The notes beneath the pieces were generated by a model, which saw only the letters and a list, made by a program, of their open reading frames with translations, made no database searches and had not been told where the DNA came from. Shown here piece by piece: positions 10,641 to 20,246 of a stretch of DNA of 64,000 bases; within the stretch, counting starts at the first letter, position 1; each line of letters begins with the position of its first letter. Made by a program: the position numbers and the translations under genes. The stretch is taken from the NCBI GenBank assembly GCA_000092065.1, contig CP000586.1; one strand, given 5' to 3'. The DNA comes from Ostreococcus lucimarinus. Its lineage: Eukaryota.

Positions 10641-10739
10641 CGCGGTTGCTCGCGTTCGTTCGCGGCGGCCTTTGAATCACCTCGTCCTCCCCGAGCGCGC
10701 CGATCGGTCCGCACCGCGCCGCACCGCGGGCGCGCCGTC

Positions 10740-10880
10740 CGTCGGTTCGGCACGCCGCCGCCTCGCGTTCGTCCTCGCGTCGCGTCGGCGCGTTCGAGGT
10801 CGCGTCGCGTCGGCGCGGTCGTCCTCGCGTCGCGTCGGCGCGGTCGACCTCGCGTCGCGTCGTTCGCCGTCGTCGTCTCG
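10740..10880. repeat. Tandem ~22-24-bp GC-rich repeat (consensus ~GTCCTCGCGTCGCGTCGGCGCG, ~4 copies) in the divergent intergenic region between RPC8 and the cyclase gene
   Basis: Read directly: cgttcgtcctcgcgtcgcgtcggcgcgttcgaggtcgcgtcgcgtcggcgcggtcgtcctcgcgtcgcgtcggcgcggtcgacctcgcgtcgcgtcg. Confidence 0.7.
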
Positions 10881-11216
10881 CCCGCGTCGGCGTCGCGGTG
10901 TGCCATCCAACCGCGACGGGCGCCGACGCGCCGATGCGCCGATGCGCGCGACGACGGCCATCGCAATCGAACGCGAATGCGACTGCGTCAGAAGACGTCG
11001 GTGCGCGCGACGTCCCGTCGGACGGGACGCGCGACGCGTGGGATGGCGCCGACGCGACGACGCGGACGCCGACGCGGCGCGGGCGACGACGCGCGCGACG
11101 ACGACGCGGATGGGTGCGATTTCAGTCGACGGTTGGCGCGAGGCGCGACGACGACGACGAAATTGAAGACGAACGCGGTGACGAATGCGCGACGACGACG
11201 CGCGCGTGGACGCGGT

Positions 11217-14200
11217 ATGGCGTGGAGGGTGGTAGCGGTGATAACGTGCGCGACGTCGTGGACGTGGGCGACGGTGTCGGCGAACGCCGTGACGTTGATC
11301 GGCGCCGGCGCGTCCTTTCCGGCGAGCGTGTACGGAGAGGCGATGAGCGCGTACGCGCAGGCGACGGCGAACGTGACGGTGACGTATAACTCATTTGGAA
11401 GTGGAAGTGGATTGTGTCGAATACAAAACGCCAGCGTGGAGTGTACGGATAGTAAAGGCGTGGACGAGGTAGATTTCGCGTGCAGTGACGCGTTGTTGAA
11501 TGATACGGCGTACGCGGCGTACCCCGATTTACAGATGTACCCCGTCATCGCAGGAGCGGTGGCGTTGGTGTACAATCTCCCAGACTCTACGTATAGCGGC
11601 ACGGCGACGGTGCTTAAATTCCTTAAATTCGACGCCAACGCCTTGTTGGGGGTGTTTTTGGGAAATATCACGCGTTGGAACGACGCCGCGATAACGGCGT
11701 TGAATCCGACGATGACGCTTCCGAACGAGTTGATCAAAATAGTGGTGCGTCAAGACAGTTCTGGGACGACGGAGGCTTGGACAAGTGCTTTATCGACGAT
11801 GAATGCATCTTTTGCGAGCGGGGTGGGGACGTCAAAGCTACCCGACTGGTCCGCGGTGTTGTCGAGTTACGTGACGAGATCTCAAGGGATCGGTGTCACG
11901 TCCTACGTCAAGGCGACGAATTACTCGTTGGGCTATGCCGTTTTGGCTGACGCAAACGCGGTGAACGCATCCATCGCTGGTTACGTTCACGCAGGCACCT
12001 CAACAGCGGTGCTCCCAAACTCTGCGTCGATTTTGCAAGCCGTGAAGACGCGAGGATTGCAATTTGGCAACAACGGCGACAACCCGGTGCGCCTGACGGC
12101 CACCATCGCTCCGGTGCTCACGAATGCTTTAGCTTGGCCGTTTACGACGTACTCGTACGTCGTATTGCGGACTGGTATGGTTGGCTTCACGGAGAGCGAT
12201 CGATTACGAGCCGGGGCGTCTTGTGAAAACGTGAAGCAGACAGTGGCGTTCTGGAACTGGTTTCTCACGAGCGCACAATCGTCGCGAATCGCCGAACAAC
12301 ATGGCTTTGCTGCGATGCACGACGAAATAGGCGCGCTTGTGTCTGCAAGACTCATCGCAGATGTCTATTGTCAAGGGACTCGCGTCGCGGCTGTGACAAC
12401 ATCAACCACTGTACAGGCTATACAGGTCGGAGTCACTGCTCCAGTCACACTCAATAGGCTTCTGTACTCGTTACGCGCCCTGTACGAAGCGTACAATTCG
12501 AGCTCAACGCTCGCCATTAGAGAACTGACCACTGCGGAGGGCGCACTGGCAAATATCCTTGCCGATAACGGTATGGCGATTGGGATTGATTTGGTTGGCA
12601 CTCCTCTCGCCGCTCTATCAAGGCTACCGTTGTTCTCGATTGAGGCACGAATGGGACTGAATAAAGGTGTTCTTCAATTAGGAGCGACAGGGACGACTCT
12701 GGCGCTCGACTCTGTGGCCGTCGCGGCAATTTTAAGCGGCGACGCCACGACGTGGGGGCATCCCGAAATAGTGCGCTTGAACACCTTTTTAAACGGGGTA
12801 ACGGCACCAATCGTCTTGGCTGGCATTCTCGATCCCGAAGCAAATGCATTCTATCGCACTTACCTTTCACAACTGGTCACTGCAAACGCTTCTTTTACGT
12901 TGGCTACACCGAGCTTTCGTGGGTTGTCATATTCTGAAGTCGCTGCTTTTGTTGTTGAAACTCCAAGCTCGATCGCTTTTCTTCCTGGAGACGTAGTGAA
13001 TGCTTTTAAGCCTTATCTGTCGTCGTCGAGCGCGTTGAGTAACCTCGCGGCTACCCAAATGGATGTGTATTACAAACCAGTCAATAGCGGCGCAGAGTGT
13101 GGGGGGGCAATGCGCCAGGCGCTCAAATCCATGCTCAGCATGTTAGAATGGATGGCTTCCGACACCGATGTACAAGGTATTATTACAGAAGCTGGTGTGA
13201 CGCCATCGTTTGCCTCATCACCGGCTGTGCTGCAGACATTTTTATCGAATGTGCGAAGCGTGACGTGCAACGGCGTCTCCATTCTGAATCCACAAAATGC
13301 GCAGTCGTCGGCTGCGTTGAGTGTGAGTCCACTGATAATGGCCCTATCTGTTGGCCTTGGGTTGTTGACGTTCGCGATGTTCGCATTCTTTGGAGGGGCA
13401 CTGCTGAAAAGTTTATTTGTCCAGACAATTTTGAATCAATACAAGCGCTCGCATCCTCCAACCGATGCGGAAGTCACAATCGTCGTCACAGACGTCCAAG
13501 CTTCGACGCAGCTTTGGCAAAAAGCTTCGGTTCACATGAATCGGGCTCTTGCAATACACGACAAAATAATGCGGGCGGCGATTCATCAAACATTTGGTTA
13601 TGAGGTTTTGACGGAAGGAGACAGTTTTGTCATCGCGTTCCACTCTGCAGGAGATGCGCTCAAGTTCGCGATGCTGGTTCAAGAGCGCATGCAAAACTAC
13701 GCCTGGGACTCACCGCTCATTAGAGTGTGTAATGAAGTCTACGACGCGTACGACGCAGAAATCTTCGAGCAAGCTACACAAGGTCGCAACTTTAAGGCAA
13801 AGGAACTTTTACTCAACGCCGTTTCGAGTCGTAGAGTGATTCAAGAAGACACCATGTACGACGAAGGCGACGTGAGTACTCATGCTGGTAGAGGACAAAT
13901 GAATGCGTTTAGAGTTCCTCTCGGGGCGAAGGCTAGTCCCTTGAGTGAAATTCCTAAGATTCACGGTCTTCGCGTACGTATCGGCATGCATACCGGATTC
14001 TGTCAGAGCAGAACGCATCCCACGACGCGACGACGAGAATACTACAAGGGGGCCGTGACGATTGCCAGCGCCGTCTCCGATTGTGCCACTGGTGGTCAGA
14101 CTGTGATTTCAGGGGAAACAATGGCGGCGATACTAGGTGAGATCAAAGAAACGTCCCGAGCTTTCCATGCGCTTCACATGGGACGCCATCAAATGGGGTT

Positions 14201-16226
14201 GAACGCCAAAGAGCTGGATTTGACGGAGGCTGTCGACGAGAGAACCGTGCAAGTTGACGGCAAGGTTGGGCTGGACGACTCGTCAGCGCCTACTGACGAC
14301 GTCACGTTTGCGCTGACCACGGATAGCACAAGACTAAGATGGCGTGCGTCCGATTCTGAAACATCGACAGAGGAAGGCTCGTTGGAAGTGAACCCGGCGT
14401 ACCGCTACGCGCAAAACGCGAAAGTCTCAATCATAAAGAAGGTGGCTTACGATAAAATACACCAGACGAGTCTATTCCAGTCCGAGCTGGTGCAAGCCGT
14501 GCCGAAGTCGCTTGCAACTCGTTTGGCGTTATTCTCTAATCTGCGCACTGTGCGTCAATTGGAGCCATCTTATTATGATTCGCCAGGACTGAACGATATG
14601 AAAGTCACCATCGTTTTCACGTACATCGAAGGTTTGAAGGAACTCAGCGTGGCATTAAAGGACGTGATGGAAGACTCCGTGGGTCTTCTAAATGCGGCTG
14701 TGCGCGCCACGCTACCAGTTTTTAACGGTTACGAGTCTAGAGAATCAAATGGCGAATTTTTGCTCGCTTTCCACTCGCCCAATGATGCGTACAAATGGGC
14801 TCTTCTTGCTCAAAGCGCGTTCATGAAGCTCGACTGGCCGAAAAAACTGTTGACGCATCGGAGCGCGAGACGCATGCGCAATGGAAGACGCGACGTATTC
14901 TTTGGACTCCGCGTGGGGATGGGTGTATGTTCTGGTAAGTGTGCCGACATCAGACCATGTATCCGCACCGGACGCTCCGAGTATTTCGGTGCAATCTTGA
15001 ATTTTGCGTCGAGGGTTGCACGCAGCGCCAAAGGTGGGCAAATTTTAACAGATTATGAAACCTTGAAATCGGCCATTCAAAACGATTATGTGGTTGAATT
15101 TTGTCACGATCTAGGAATGTACCAATTTAAGGGCATCGACAACACCGTACGAGTCATTCAAGTCTCCGACGCGTCGCTGATGATGCGTTCTTTTGAGGAA
15201 ATTGACGCAATCCAAGTCGCACCGCCGGTTGGATTGGATGAAGATCGCGATTTAAGGTCGCAAACACGGAGTGACGATCGTTCAAGTGTATGTATTTTGT
15301 TGTGTACGGCTAAATCACCACTGATAAAGATTGTGCAGTCGTTGGTGCGAGCCATTCGTAAAGAGATACAAGTCGTCAGTGCGCAGAGGATCGACGACGT
15401 CGTCAGTCAATTAAGACATCGTAATTCAGCTGGCCTCATTCATAACCACATGGTGATTGTTTCTGATGAGATCGAACGTTTAGACGTCGTGGATGCTTGC
15501 CGACAAATCCGCAGAAAACTCAACTTGTTTATGCAGCCGAGGCTCGCAGTGTACGCTTCACTCCTAAACGATCTCGACGCTGAACAGCTCGGCATTGACT
15601 GCCTTTTGCCTACTTTGGATGCACCTTTTGACGCTAGTTCATCCCGCAATTCATATGTCGATGGTGATAGTGATTCGGAGTACGAAGAAGATATGATTGC
15701 GTTCAAACAAGTGGTTGAATCTTTCCTTTTGGGAGAAGCGAGCGAGAGTGGCTTGGGCGTCTTGCAAAGGCTGTCAGAATCAGGCGGTATTGCATCAGCA
15801 CCGACTCTTGAAGCGAATCAAAACGATGAGAAACTACCAACGTTCAAACAAGCGCCCGTGCCAACTCATAACAAGCCGCTTTTGAGCATGTCCAACATTG
15901 GGATGTTGACTACGACGCTTGAGGCGGTTTGCGCAAGAGCTTTCGCAATCGACGTGAATCAACAGCTCATATTTGCTACGCGCCGCGCCGTGAAGGCTGG
16001 TGTGGGCGCTTCTTCGGGACCACTTCCGCCATCAGACTGGCTATCTCGAGTAAGTACTGTCGCTGCGAAGGCGCAAAGGGGTATACTCCGTCAGTCTTGG
16101 GTTGAAACGATAAAAGGCAGTTGGCTCGACGAAAATTCAGAGGACGAATACGTCGACGCCGTGCACAAACCGATTCGTCTCGGCGATGATTTCGCAGTTG
16201 TTTTAGTGACTTTGCAAAGTCGTTGA
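11217..16226 (+). CDS. Receptor-type nucleotidyl cyclase. Layout: signal peptide, extracellular PstS-like phosphate-binding (type II PBP) domain plus a second degenerate PBP-like region, one TM helix, cyclase homology domain 1, cyclase homology domain 2, degenerate receiver-like domain (~1669 aa)
   Basis: ORF 10341..16226(+). Upstream of ATG 11217 is GC artefact overlapping RPC8. MAWRVVAVITCATSWTWATVSA is signal-peptide-like. PstS hallmarks: GAGASFPASVY…VTYNSFGSGSGL…VDFACSD…, ITRWNDAAITALNP, IKIVVRQDSSGTTEAWT, WPFTTYSYVVL. TM helix PLIMALSVGLGLLTFAMFAFFGGALL. CHD1: TIVVTDVQASTQLW…GYEVLTEGDSFVIAFHS (both metal-binding Asp present; the Asn/Arg pair is absent from the aligned GAVTIASAV segment). 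CHD2: KVTIVFTYIEGL…ESNGEFLLAFHS…RVGMGVCSGKC…SEYFGAILNFASRVARSAKGGQILTD (Asn/Arg present, metal Asp residues replaced). Receiver-like: CILLCTAKSPLIKIVQSLVRAIRKEIQVV…HMVIVSDEIERLDVVDACRQIRRKL…LLPTLDAPF. Confidence 0.8.
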   Translation: MAWRVVAVITCATSWTWATVSANAVTLIGAGASFPASVYGEAMSAYAQATANVTVTYNSFGSGSGLCRIQNASVECTDSKGVDEVDFACSDALLNDTAYAAYPDLQMYPVIAGAVALVYNLPDSTYSGTATVLKFLKFDANALLGVFLGNITRWNDAAITALNPTMTLPNELIKIVVRQDSSGTTEAWTSALSTMNASFASGVGTSKLPDWSAVLSSYVTRSQGIGVTSYVKATNYSLGYAVLADANAVNASIAGYVHAGTSTAVLPNSASILQAVKTRGLQFGNNGDNPVRLTATIAPVLTNALAWPFTTYSYVVLRTGMVGFTESDRLRAGASCENVKQTVAFWNWFLTSAQSSRIAEQHGFAAMHDEIGALVSARLIADVYCQGTRVAAVTTSTTVQAIQVGVTAPVTLNRLLYSLRALYEAYNSSSTLAIRELTTAEGALANILADNGMAIGIDLVGTPLAALSRLPLFSIEARMGLNKGVLQLGATGTTLALDSVAVAAILSGDATTWGHPEIVRLNTFLNGVTAPIVLAGILDPEANAFYRTYLSQLVTANASFTLATPSFRGLSYSEVAAFVVETPSSIAFLPGDVVNAFKPYLSSSSALSNLAATQMDVYYKPVNSGAECGGAMRQALKSMLSMLEWMASDTDVQGIITEAGVTPSFASSPAVLQTFLSNVRSVTCNGVSILNPQNAQSSAALSVSPLIMALSVGLGLLTFAMFAFFGGALLKSLFVQTILNQYKRSHPPTDAEVTIVVTDVQASTQLWQKASVHMNRALAIHDKIMRAAIHQTFGYEVLTEGDSFVIAFHSAGDALKFAMLVQERMQNYAWDSPLIRVCNEVYDAYDAEIFEQATQGRNFKAKELLLNAVSSRRVIQEDTMYDEGDVSTHAGRGQMNAFRVPLGAKASPLSEIPKIHGLRVRIGMHTGFCQSRTHPTTRRREYYKGAVTIASAVSDCATGGQTVISGETMAAILGEIKETSRAFHALHMGRHQMGLNAKELDLTEAVDERTVQVDGKVGLDDSSAPTDDVTFALTTDSTRLRWRASDSETSTEEGSLEVNPAYRYAQNAKVSIIKKVAYDKIHQTSLFQSELVQAVPKSLATRLALFSNLRTVRQLEPSYYDSPGLNDMKVTIVFTYIEGLKELSVALKDVMEDSVGLLNAAVRATLPVFNGYESRESNGEFLLAFHSPNDAYKWALLAQSAFMKLDWPKKLLTHRSARRMRNGRRDVFFGLRVGMGVCSGKCADIRPCIRTGRSEYFGAILNFASRVARSAKGGQILTDYETLKSAIQNDYVVEFCHDLGMYQFKGIDNTVRVIQVSDASLMMRSFEEIDAIQVAPPVGLDEDRDLRSQTRSDDRSSVCILLCTAKSPLIKIVQSLVRAIRKEIQVVSAQRIDDVVSQLRHRNSAGLIHNHMVIVSDEIERLDVVDACRQIRRKLNLFMQPRLAVYASLLNDLDAEQLGIDCLLPTLDAPFDASSSRNSYVDGDSDSEYEEDMIAFKQVVESFLLGEASESGLGVLQRLSESGGIASAPTLEANQNDEKLPTFKQAPVPTHNKPLLSMSNIGMLTTTLEAVCARAFAIDVNQQLIFATRRAVKAGVGASSGPLPPSDWLSRVSTVAAKAQRGILRQSWVETIKGSWLDENSEDEYVDAVHKPIRLGDDFAVVLVTLQSR

Positions 16227-16287
16227 AGTGCGTTTAGTTTTATTATACATTACCTAGTAAGATCACTTGTAGAACAATTGCGAGCGC

Positions 16288-16292
16288 TGTAA
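16288..16292 (+). promoter_or_regulatory. TGTAA polyadenylation-signal motif downstream of the cyclase gene, in the 77-bp convergent gap before tubulin cofactor D
   Basis: 'gcgctgtaaaagc' ~60 nt after the TGA at 16224-16226. Confidence 0.4.
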
Positions 16293-16302
16293 AAGCAATC
16301 AC

Positions 16303-19300
16303 CTAATAACCGGTATCTCCAACGAGCGACGCATACGTCGAGTTCTCTCTTTCATCCGCTCGTCGGTCCCGAAGTTTTCCCGAAGCTTTCAGCATGAAAG
16401 CTGGGAGGTCTAGTCCTAGTAAACTATAAATTATTTTGCGTGTTTCTTTCATGACACTCGGTGGTGCGTCCCACGAATTCAACGACAGGGTTTCAGCTGC
16501 GTTTTCAGTTCCCCGACTCGGTTCGGCGACAGCAAGGAGGGCAATGTACAAATGCTCCGCCGCTGCGCAACGCACGCGAGGGAAGCGGTTCGCCATGAGT
16601 GCGAGTAGCCCCATCGATGCTGATTCGTGAACGACGCTATCAGCAGCACCGACGAAGTGAGCCAGGCATGCGCTCCCAGTGACGAGCTTTGAAATATCTC
16701 TGCTCGAGAAACACTCACAACGAATAGCTTCGATGAGTTGAATCGCGTGCGTGTGCGCCTGATCCAACGCGCCGTGCGAAATTAGGGCATCGCACACTCG
16801 TAAAGCCGGTACCGTAACGCGATCAACGTGCTTGTTTTGACACAGATCTTGTATAATCGATGCCACAACAATATCTGGAAGGCCCTCAAACCGCCTAATC
16901 GCTCGTAACAACGCATCGGTCGAAAAGCGCACCAGACTGTCGCCTACACTTCCGCAACTCAGAAACCATCCGCTCAACGCGGCGTTGACGTACGCCTCTG
17001 CGCCGAGAACGGGAGTTAACGTCGCGAAAATTGTCGAGACATGGGAAGCATCTGGCGCTGTTTCGACAGTCGCTGGCAAGCAACATTGTAAAACATCGTA
17101 GTCTGGCACACCAGAGAGCGCGTGTACTGTTAGTTTGGCCTGCACTCGCATTCTAACTCGAATCGCGTCACCACCACGCACGAGCTGCACGAGCGTCACA
17201 AGCGCTTGACATCGAATGCGGTCGATTTTTTCGAATGCTTGCTTGAGAAGTGCTGTCATGATGTTTTGCGACTGATCTGCAGCTAAAGCATTGCGCATTT
17301 GCAAAGCGGCGACAAGCACAGGGAAGCATTTCATCGCCGATTCTCGCACCCACGAGCCGACGTCGCCACGGTTGTCAACGCTGTAGTCGCACAAACATCC
17401 GAGTAAAGTGGCGATCGCAGTGTCCGATACAAAGGCGATGTCGTCGTCATCGATATCATGGCACTCTGCACACATTAATTTCACACTCAGCTCCGAGAGA
17501 CTGATCGTTGCGTTCACCCGCGTCTCGGCGTCTCTCATTTCTACATCTTCTTCCGGTTTCGTGGCTACCGACAGCGCCGTGATGACCGCGCGCAGAGTTG
17601 CACTTTTATCTTCACTATTTTTCGCGGCGAGAAGACTTGTCACAGGAAATCCGCCTAATACGAGCGCCGATCCACGCCGCACGACACCTACGAGATCGTT
17701 GACGACGATTTCAGCGTGCCTCAATAGCAAGCAATGAGCACGGTGAGATCCACGCGAAGCGTAATTCGTCTCTGTAAATGCGGCGATGGCGTCTGAGGCG
17801 GCAGCCTGTACGTCTCCGTTGCAGCACTGCAGACTCTCTTCCGCAAAGTAGACAAAGGCATCTGTCGCCTTCGAGTCAATCTTGTGATTCTCGTCGCAGC
17901 ACAAAAACACGCACTCAATGAGCCTACACGTCGCGCCACGCATTATTTCGCCGCCTTTTCCTTTGTACATCTTCTCCCTTTCCATACTTTGAACTAAATC
18001 GGCTACTCGTTCGAAACAGTCGTCTTCGAGTTTTGTTTTTGCACGCTGTGTCACGAGTAACATCTCACCGATCGAAAGCACAGCGCCGTGGCGCGTCGAC
18101 AAGTCAGAACTCGTCGCGCGCGACAGAACTGTTTTTATGCCTACGTCACCGATCCACTGCGGGTCTAAATTACCCAGAGCTCTGATTGTTTTCGTCGCGA
18201 GTTGCCGCGTGGCAAGTTCCCAGTGCGTGAGCTTCGTGTCCAACACGTGCTCGAGTAACGAACGCCTATATTCTTCAAACTGACAGATGAATGGTGCCAC
18301 CGTCAACGCAGCTCGGGTTCGCGATCCAAGCGAAAAGTAATCCGCCACGGTGACAATGTCGATGCCGTGAGGAAACTTGCCGAGCCGTCCGACGGCTTCT
18401 TGAAAGGCAGCGGATGCGGCTCGGCGACAATTAACTTCACGATCGAAACACGATATCATGAGAAGCCTCGGTGCAAGTTGGTCGACAAAAGGTTCGAAAA
18501 CGCCCGGTTCATATGCGCGCGCAAACGCCCAACATACATATGCTGCCGCATCTCGCACGTGCGCACCGATTGAGTGCGCTCCTCGTCGAACGTCGTAGAT
18601 GAGAGCGTCCATGCATCGCGGTACGGCCTCCACCAATCTATTCGGCAACAACAATCCACGTCGAGCGAGCTCAGCCAGAGCTAAACATGCGCCGTGCCAA
18701 GTTGAATCGCTTTCGATAACCGATAAGCACGCCAAAACCGCTCCAACGACTTCGTCACCAAAATCACGCGGGAGTCGAGAGCTAATTCTCCCCAACGCTT
18801 TCGCCGATGTCCAGCGTACGATAGTCTCCGCATCTCGCAAACCGACGAGACATATTTCAACAATATCATCAACAGCCATGTGCACGTCGCATTTATCATC
18901 TTCGTCCGCCGCCGTGGTGAGTTGCTTCGTCGGCGGCTTTTGCATCGCCCCGCTCAAGTTATCTTGCAAACACCGCGCACCACGATCATATCGCCACGAC
19001 ACCACTCGAGGTTTCATAAAAACCAAACCCACGCGACTGGCGAGCTTGATACTCAGTTGTCTCACCATGGTCGAGCGTTTCGCCAAACTTAGCCGCGTCG
19101 CGCAATACTGCGCGTCGTCCCAGTTTCCCTCCGCGTACGGCAGCAACTGCTCTCGAGATCCAATCTTGTATATCGCCGCGAGCGCCCGCAGTACACCCGG
19201 TACTAAGAAAATCATTTCTCTTTCCTTTTCATCATTGACGTCTCCACGAAGCGTCGCGCTCGACCAGGTCATGAACTCGCGCAACGCCTCGCTCATGTCC

Positions 19301-19989
19301 GGTCGCGTGAGAAGCTTGGCGAGCGTTTGCGCCGCCACGTCGCGCACCGCGGACGGATCGCCTAAAAAGTGCTTGCACTCTCGCATCAAATCACTCACGA
19401 CGCTCGGAATTTTCGAACGCGACGAATGCGGATCGATCGCGCTATCGATCGACACCAAGTCAAACGGCGCCAACGCCAAAATCGACAACCAACTCGTGAG
19501 CACGCGTTGCGTTTCCCACGTATTGTCTCCACGCACTCGCGCTTCCCGCAGCAGACGCACCGCCGGCTCTAAATACTTCGCCGCGTTCGGATAGAACCGC
19601 ACGCACGTCTTCCATCCGCGCACGCTCGACAGCGCATCCAGCGCCCTGCAGCACGCGTTCGCGTTCGCCTTCGCGTTCGCGTTCTCGTTTTCGTTTTCGT
19701 TCGCCTCCGTCGACGCTCGCGCCACCGCGTCCATCAAAGGCTCGATCACGCCCCCCAGCATCGGATCCAGCACCGTCGGCTGTTCTCTATACTTTTCAAT
19801 CACTCCCACGAACGCCCGCACGTCGTCTTCGTCCGCGGCGTCGTCTTCTTCGTCGCGTCCACGCGCGCTTCGCCGAGTCAACGCGCGAACGATGGCATCC
19901 ATCGCGTCGCCGTCTGCCGCGACGTCCACGCGCGACGTCGCGCGCTCGCGACGACGCGCGTCATCACCCTCACCCTCGCGCGTCCCCAT
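16303..19989 (-). CDS. TBCD: Tubulin-specific chaperone D (tubulin folding cofactor D; HEAT/ARM repeat protein, 1228 aa)
   Basis: Size and all-helical HEAT architecture match TBCD. The N-terminal segment VRAFVGVIEKYREQPTVLDPMLGGVIEPLMDAV matches the conserved TBCD IMDKYQEQPHLLDRHLEWM region. ATG confirmed at 19989. Confidence 0.85.
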   Translation of the reverse strand: MGTREGEGDDARRRERATSRVDVAADGDAMDAIVRALTRRSARGRDEEDDAADEDDVRAFVGVIEKYREQPTVLDPMLGGVIEPLMDAVARASTEANENENENANAKANANACCRALDALSSVRGWKTCVRFYPNAAKYLEPAVRLLREARVRGDNTWETQRVLTSWLSILALAPFDLVSIDSAIDPHSSRSKIPSVVSDLMRECKHFLGDPSAVRDVAAQTLAKLLTRPDMSEALREFMTWSSATLRGDVNDEKEREMIFLVPGVLRALAAIYKIGSREQLLPYAEGNWDDAQYCATRLSLAKRSTMVRQLSIKLASRVGLVFMKPRVVSWRYDRGARCLQDNLSGAMQKPPTKQLTTAADEDDKCDVHMAVDDIVEICLVGLRDAETIVRWTSAKALGRISSRLPRDFGDEVVGAVLACLSVIESDSTWHGACLALAELARRGLLLPNRLVEAVPRCMDALIYDVRRGAHSIGAHVRDAAAYVCWAFARAYEPGVFEPFVDQLAPRLLMISCFDREVNCRRAASAAFQEAVGRLGKFPHGIDIVTVADYFSLGSRTRAALTVAPFICQFEEYRRSLLEHVLDTKLTHWELATRQLATKTIRALGNLDPQWIGDVGIKTVLSRATSSDLSTRHGAVLSIGEMLLVTQRAKTKLEDDCFERVADLVQSMEREKMYKGKGGEIMRGATCRLIECVFLCCDENHKIDSKATDAFVYFAEESLQCCNGDVQAAASDAIAAFTETNYASRGSHRAHCLLLRHAEIVVNDLVGVVRRGSALVLGGFPVTSLLAAKNSEDKSATLRAVITALSVATKPEEDVEMRDAETRVNATISLSELSVKLMCAECHDIDDDDIAFVSDTAIATLLGCLCDYSVDNRGDVGSWVRESAMKCFPVLVAALQMRNALAADQSQNIMTALLKQAFEKIDRIRCQALVTLVQLVRGGDAIRVRMRVQAKLTVHALSGVPDYDVLQCCLPATVETAPDASHVSTIFATLTPVLGAEAYVNAALSGWFLSCGSVGDSLVRFSTDALLRAIRRFEGLPDIVVASIIQDLCQNKHVDRVTVPALRVCDALISHGALDQAHTHAIQLIEAIRCECFSSRDISKLVTGSACLAHFVGAADSVVHESASMGLLALMANRFPRVRCAAAEHLYIALLAVAEPSRGTENAAETLSLNSWDAPPSVMKETRKIIYSLLGLDLPAFMLKASGKLRDRRADERENSTYASLVGDTGY

Positions 19990-20246
19990 CGCCGACGCCA
20001 GACGCGCGTGCGCGGCGCCTAGTCCGCCGCGCGCGCGTCTGGCGATGACGCGTGTGGCGGTTGGCGCGTTCGGGCGCGCGGCGCGCGCGCGCGCGGCGGA
20101 CTAGGGTTAGAGCTTGGAGTCAACGCGCGCGCGCGAAAGGATGGACCGTCGCGATCGGACGTGCTTTTATACAATTCTAAACGCTCGCCGCGCTCGCGCG
20201 CTCGCGCGCGTCCGCGGCGGCGCGATTCAAACGCCGCGCGGCGACG

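Noticed and set aside
19652-19700. GCGTTC-type repeat inside the tubulin cofactor D gene
   Set aside because: It lies in frame within the CDS and simply encodes an Asn/Glu/Ala low-complexity loop (ENENENANAKANANA), not a separate element.
20102-20111. Interstitial 'CTAGGGTTAG' telomere-like word in the TBCD/Bet1 intergenic region
   Set aside because: It is a single ~9-bp match, the wrong register for the TTTAGGG repeat, and is expected by chance.
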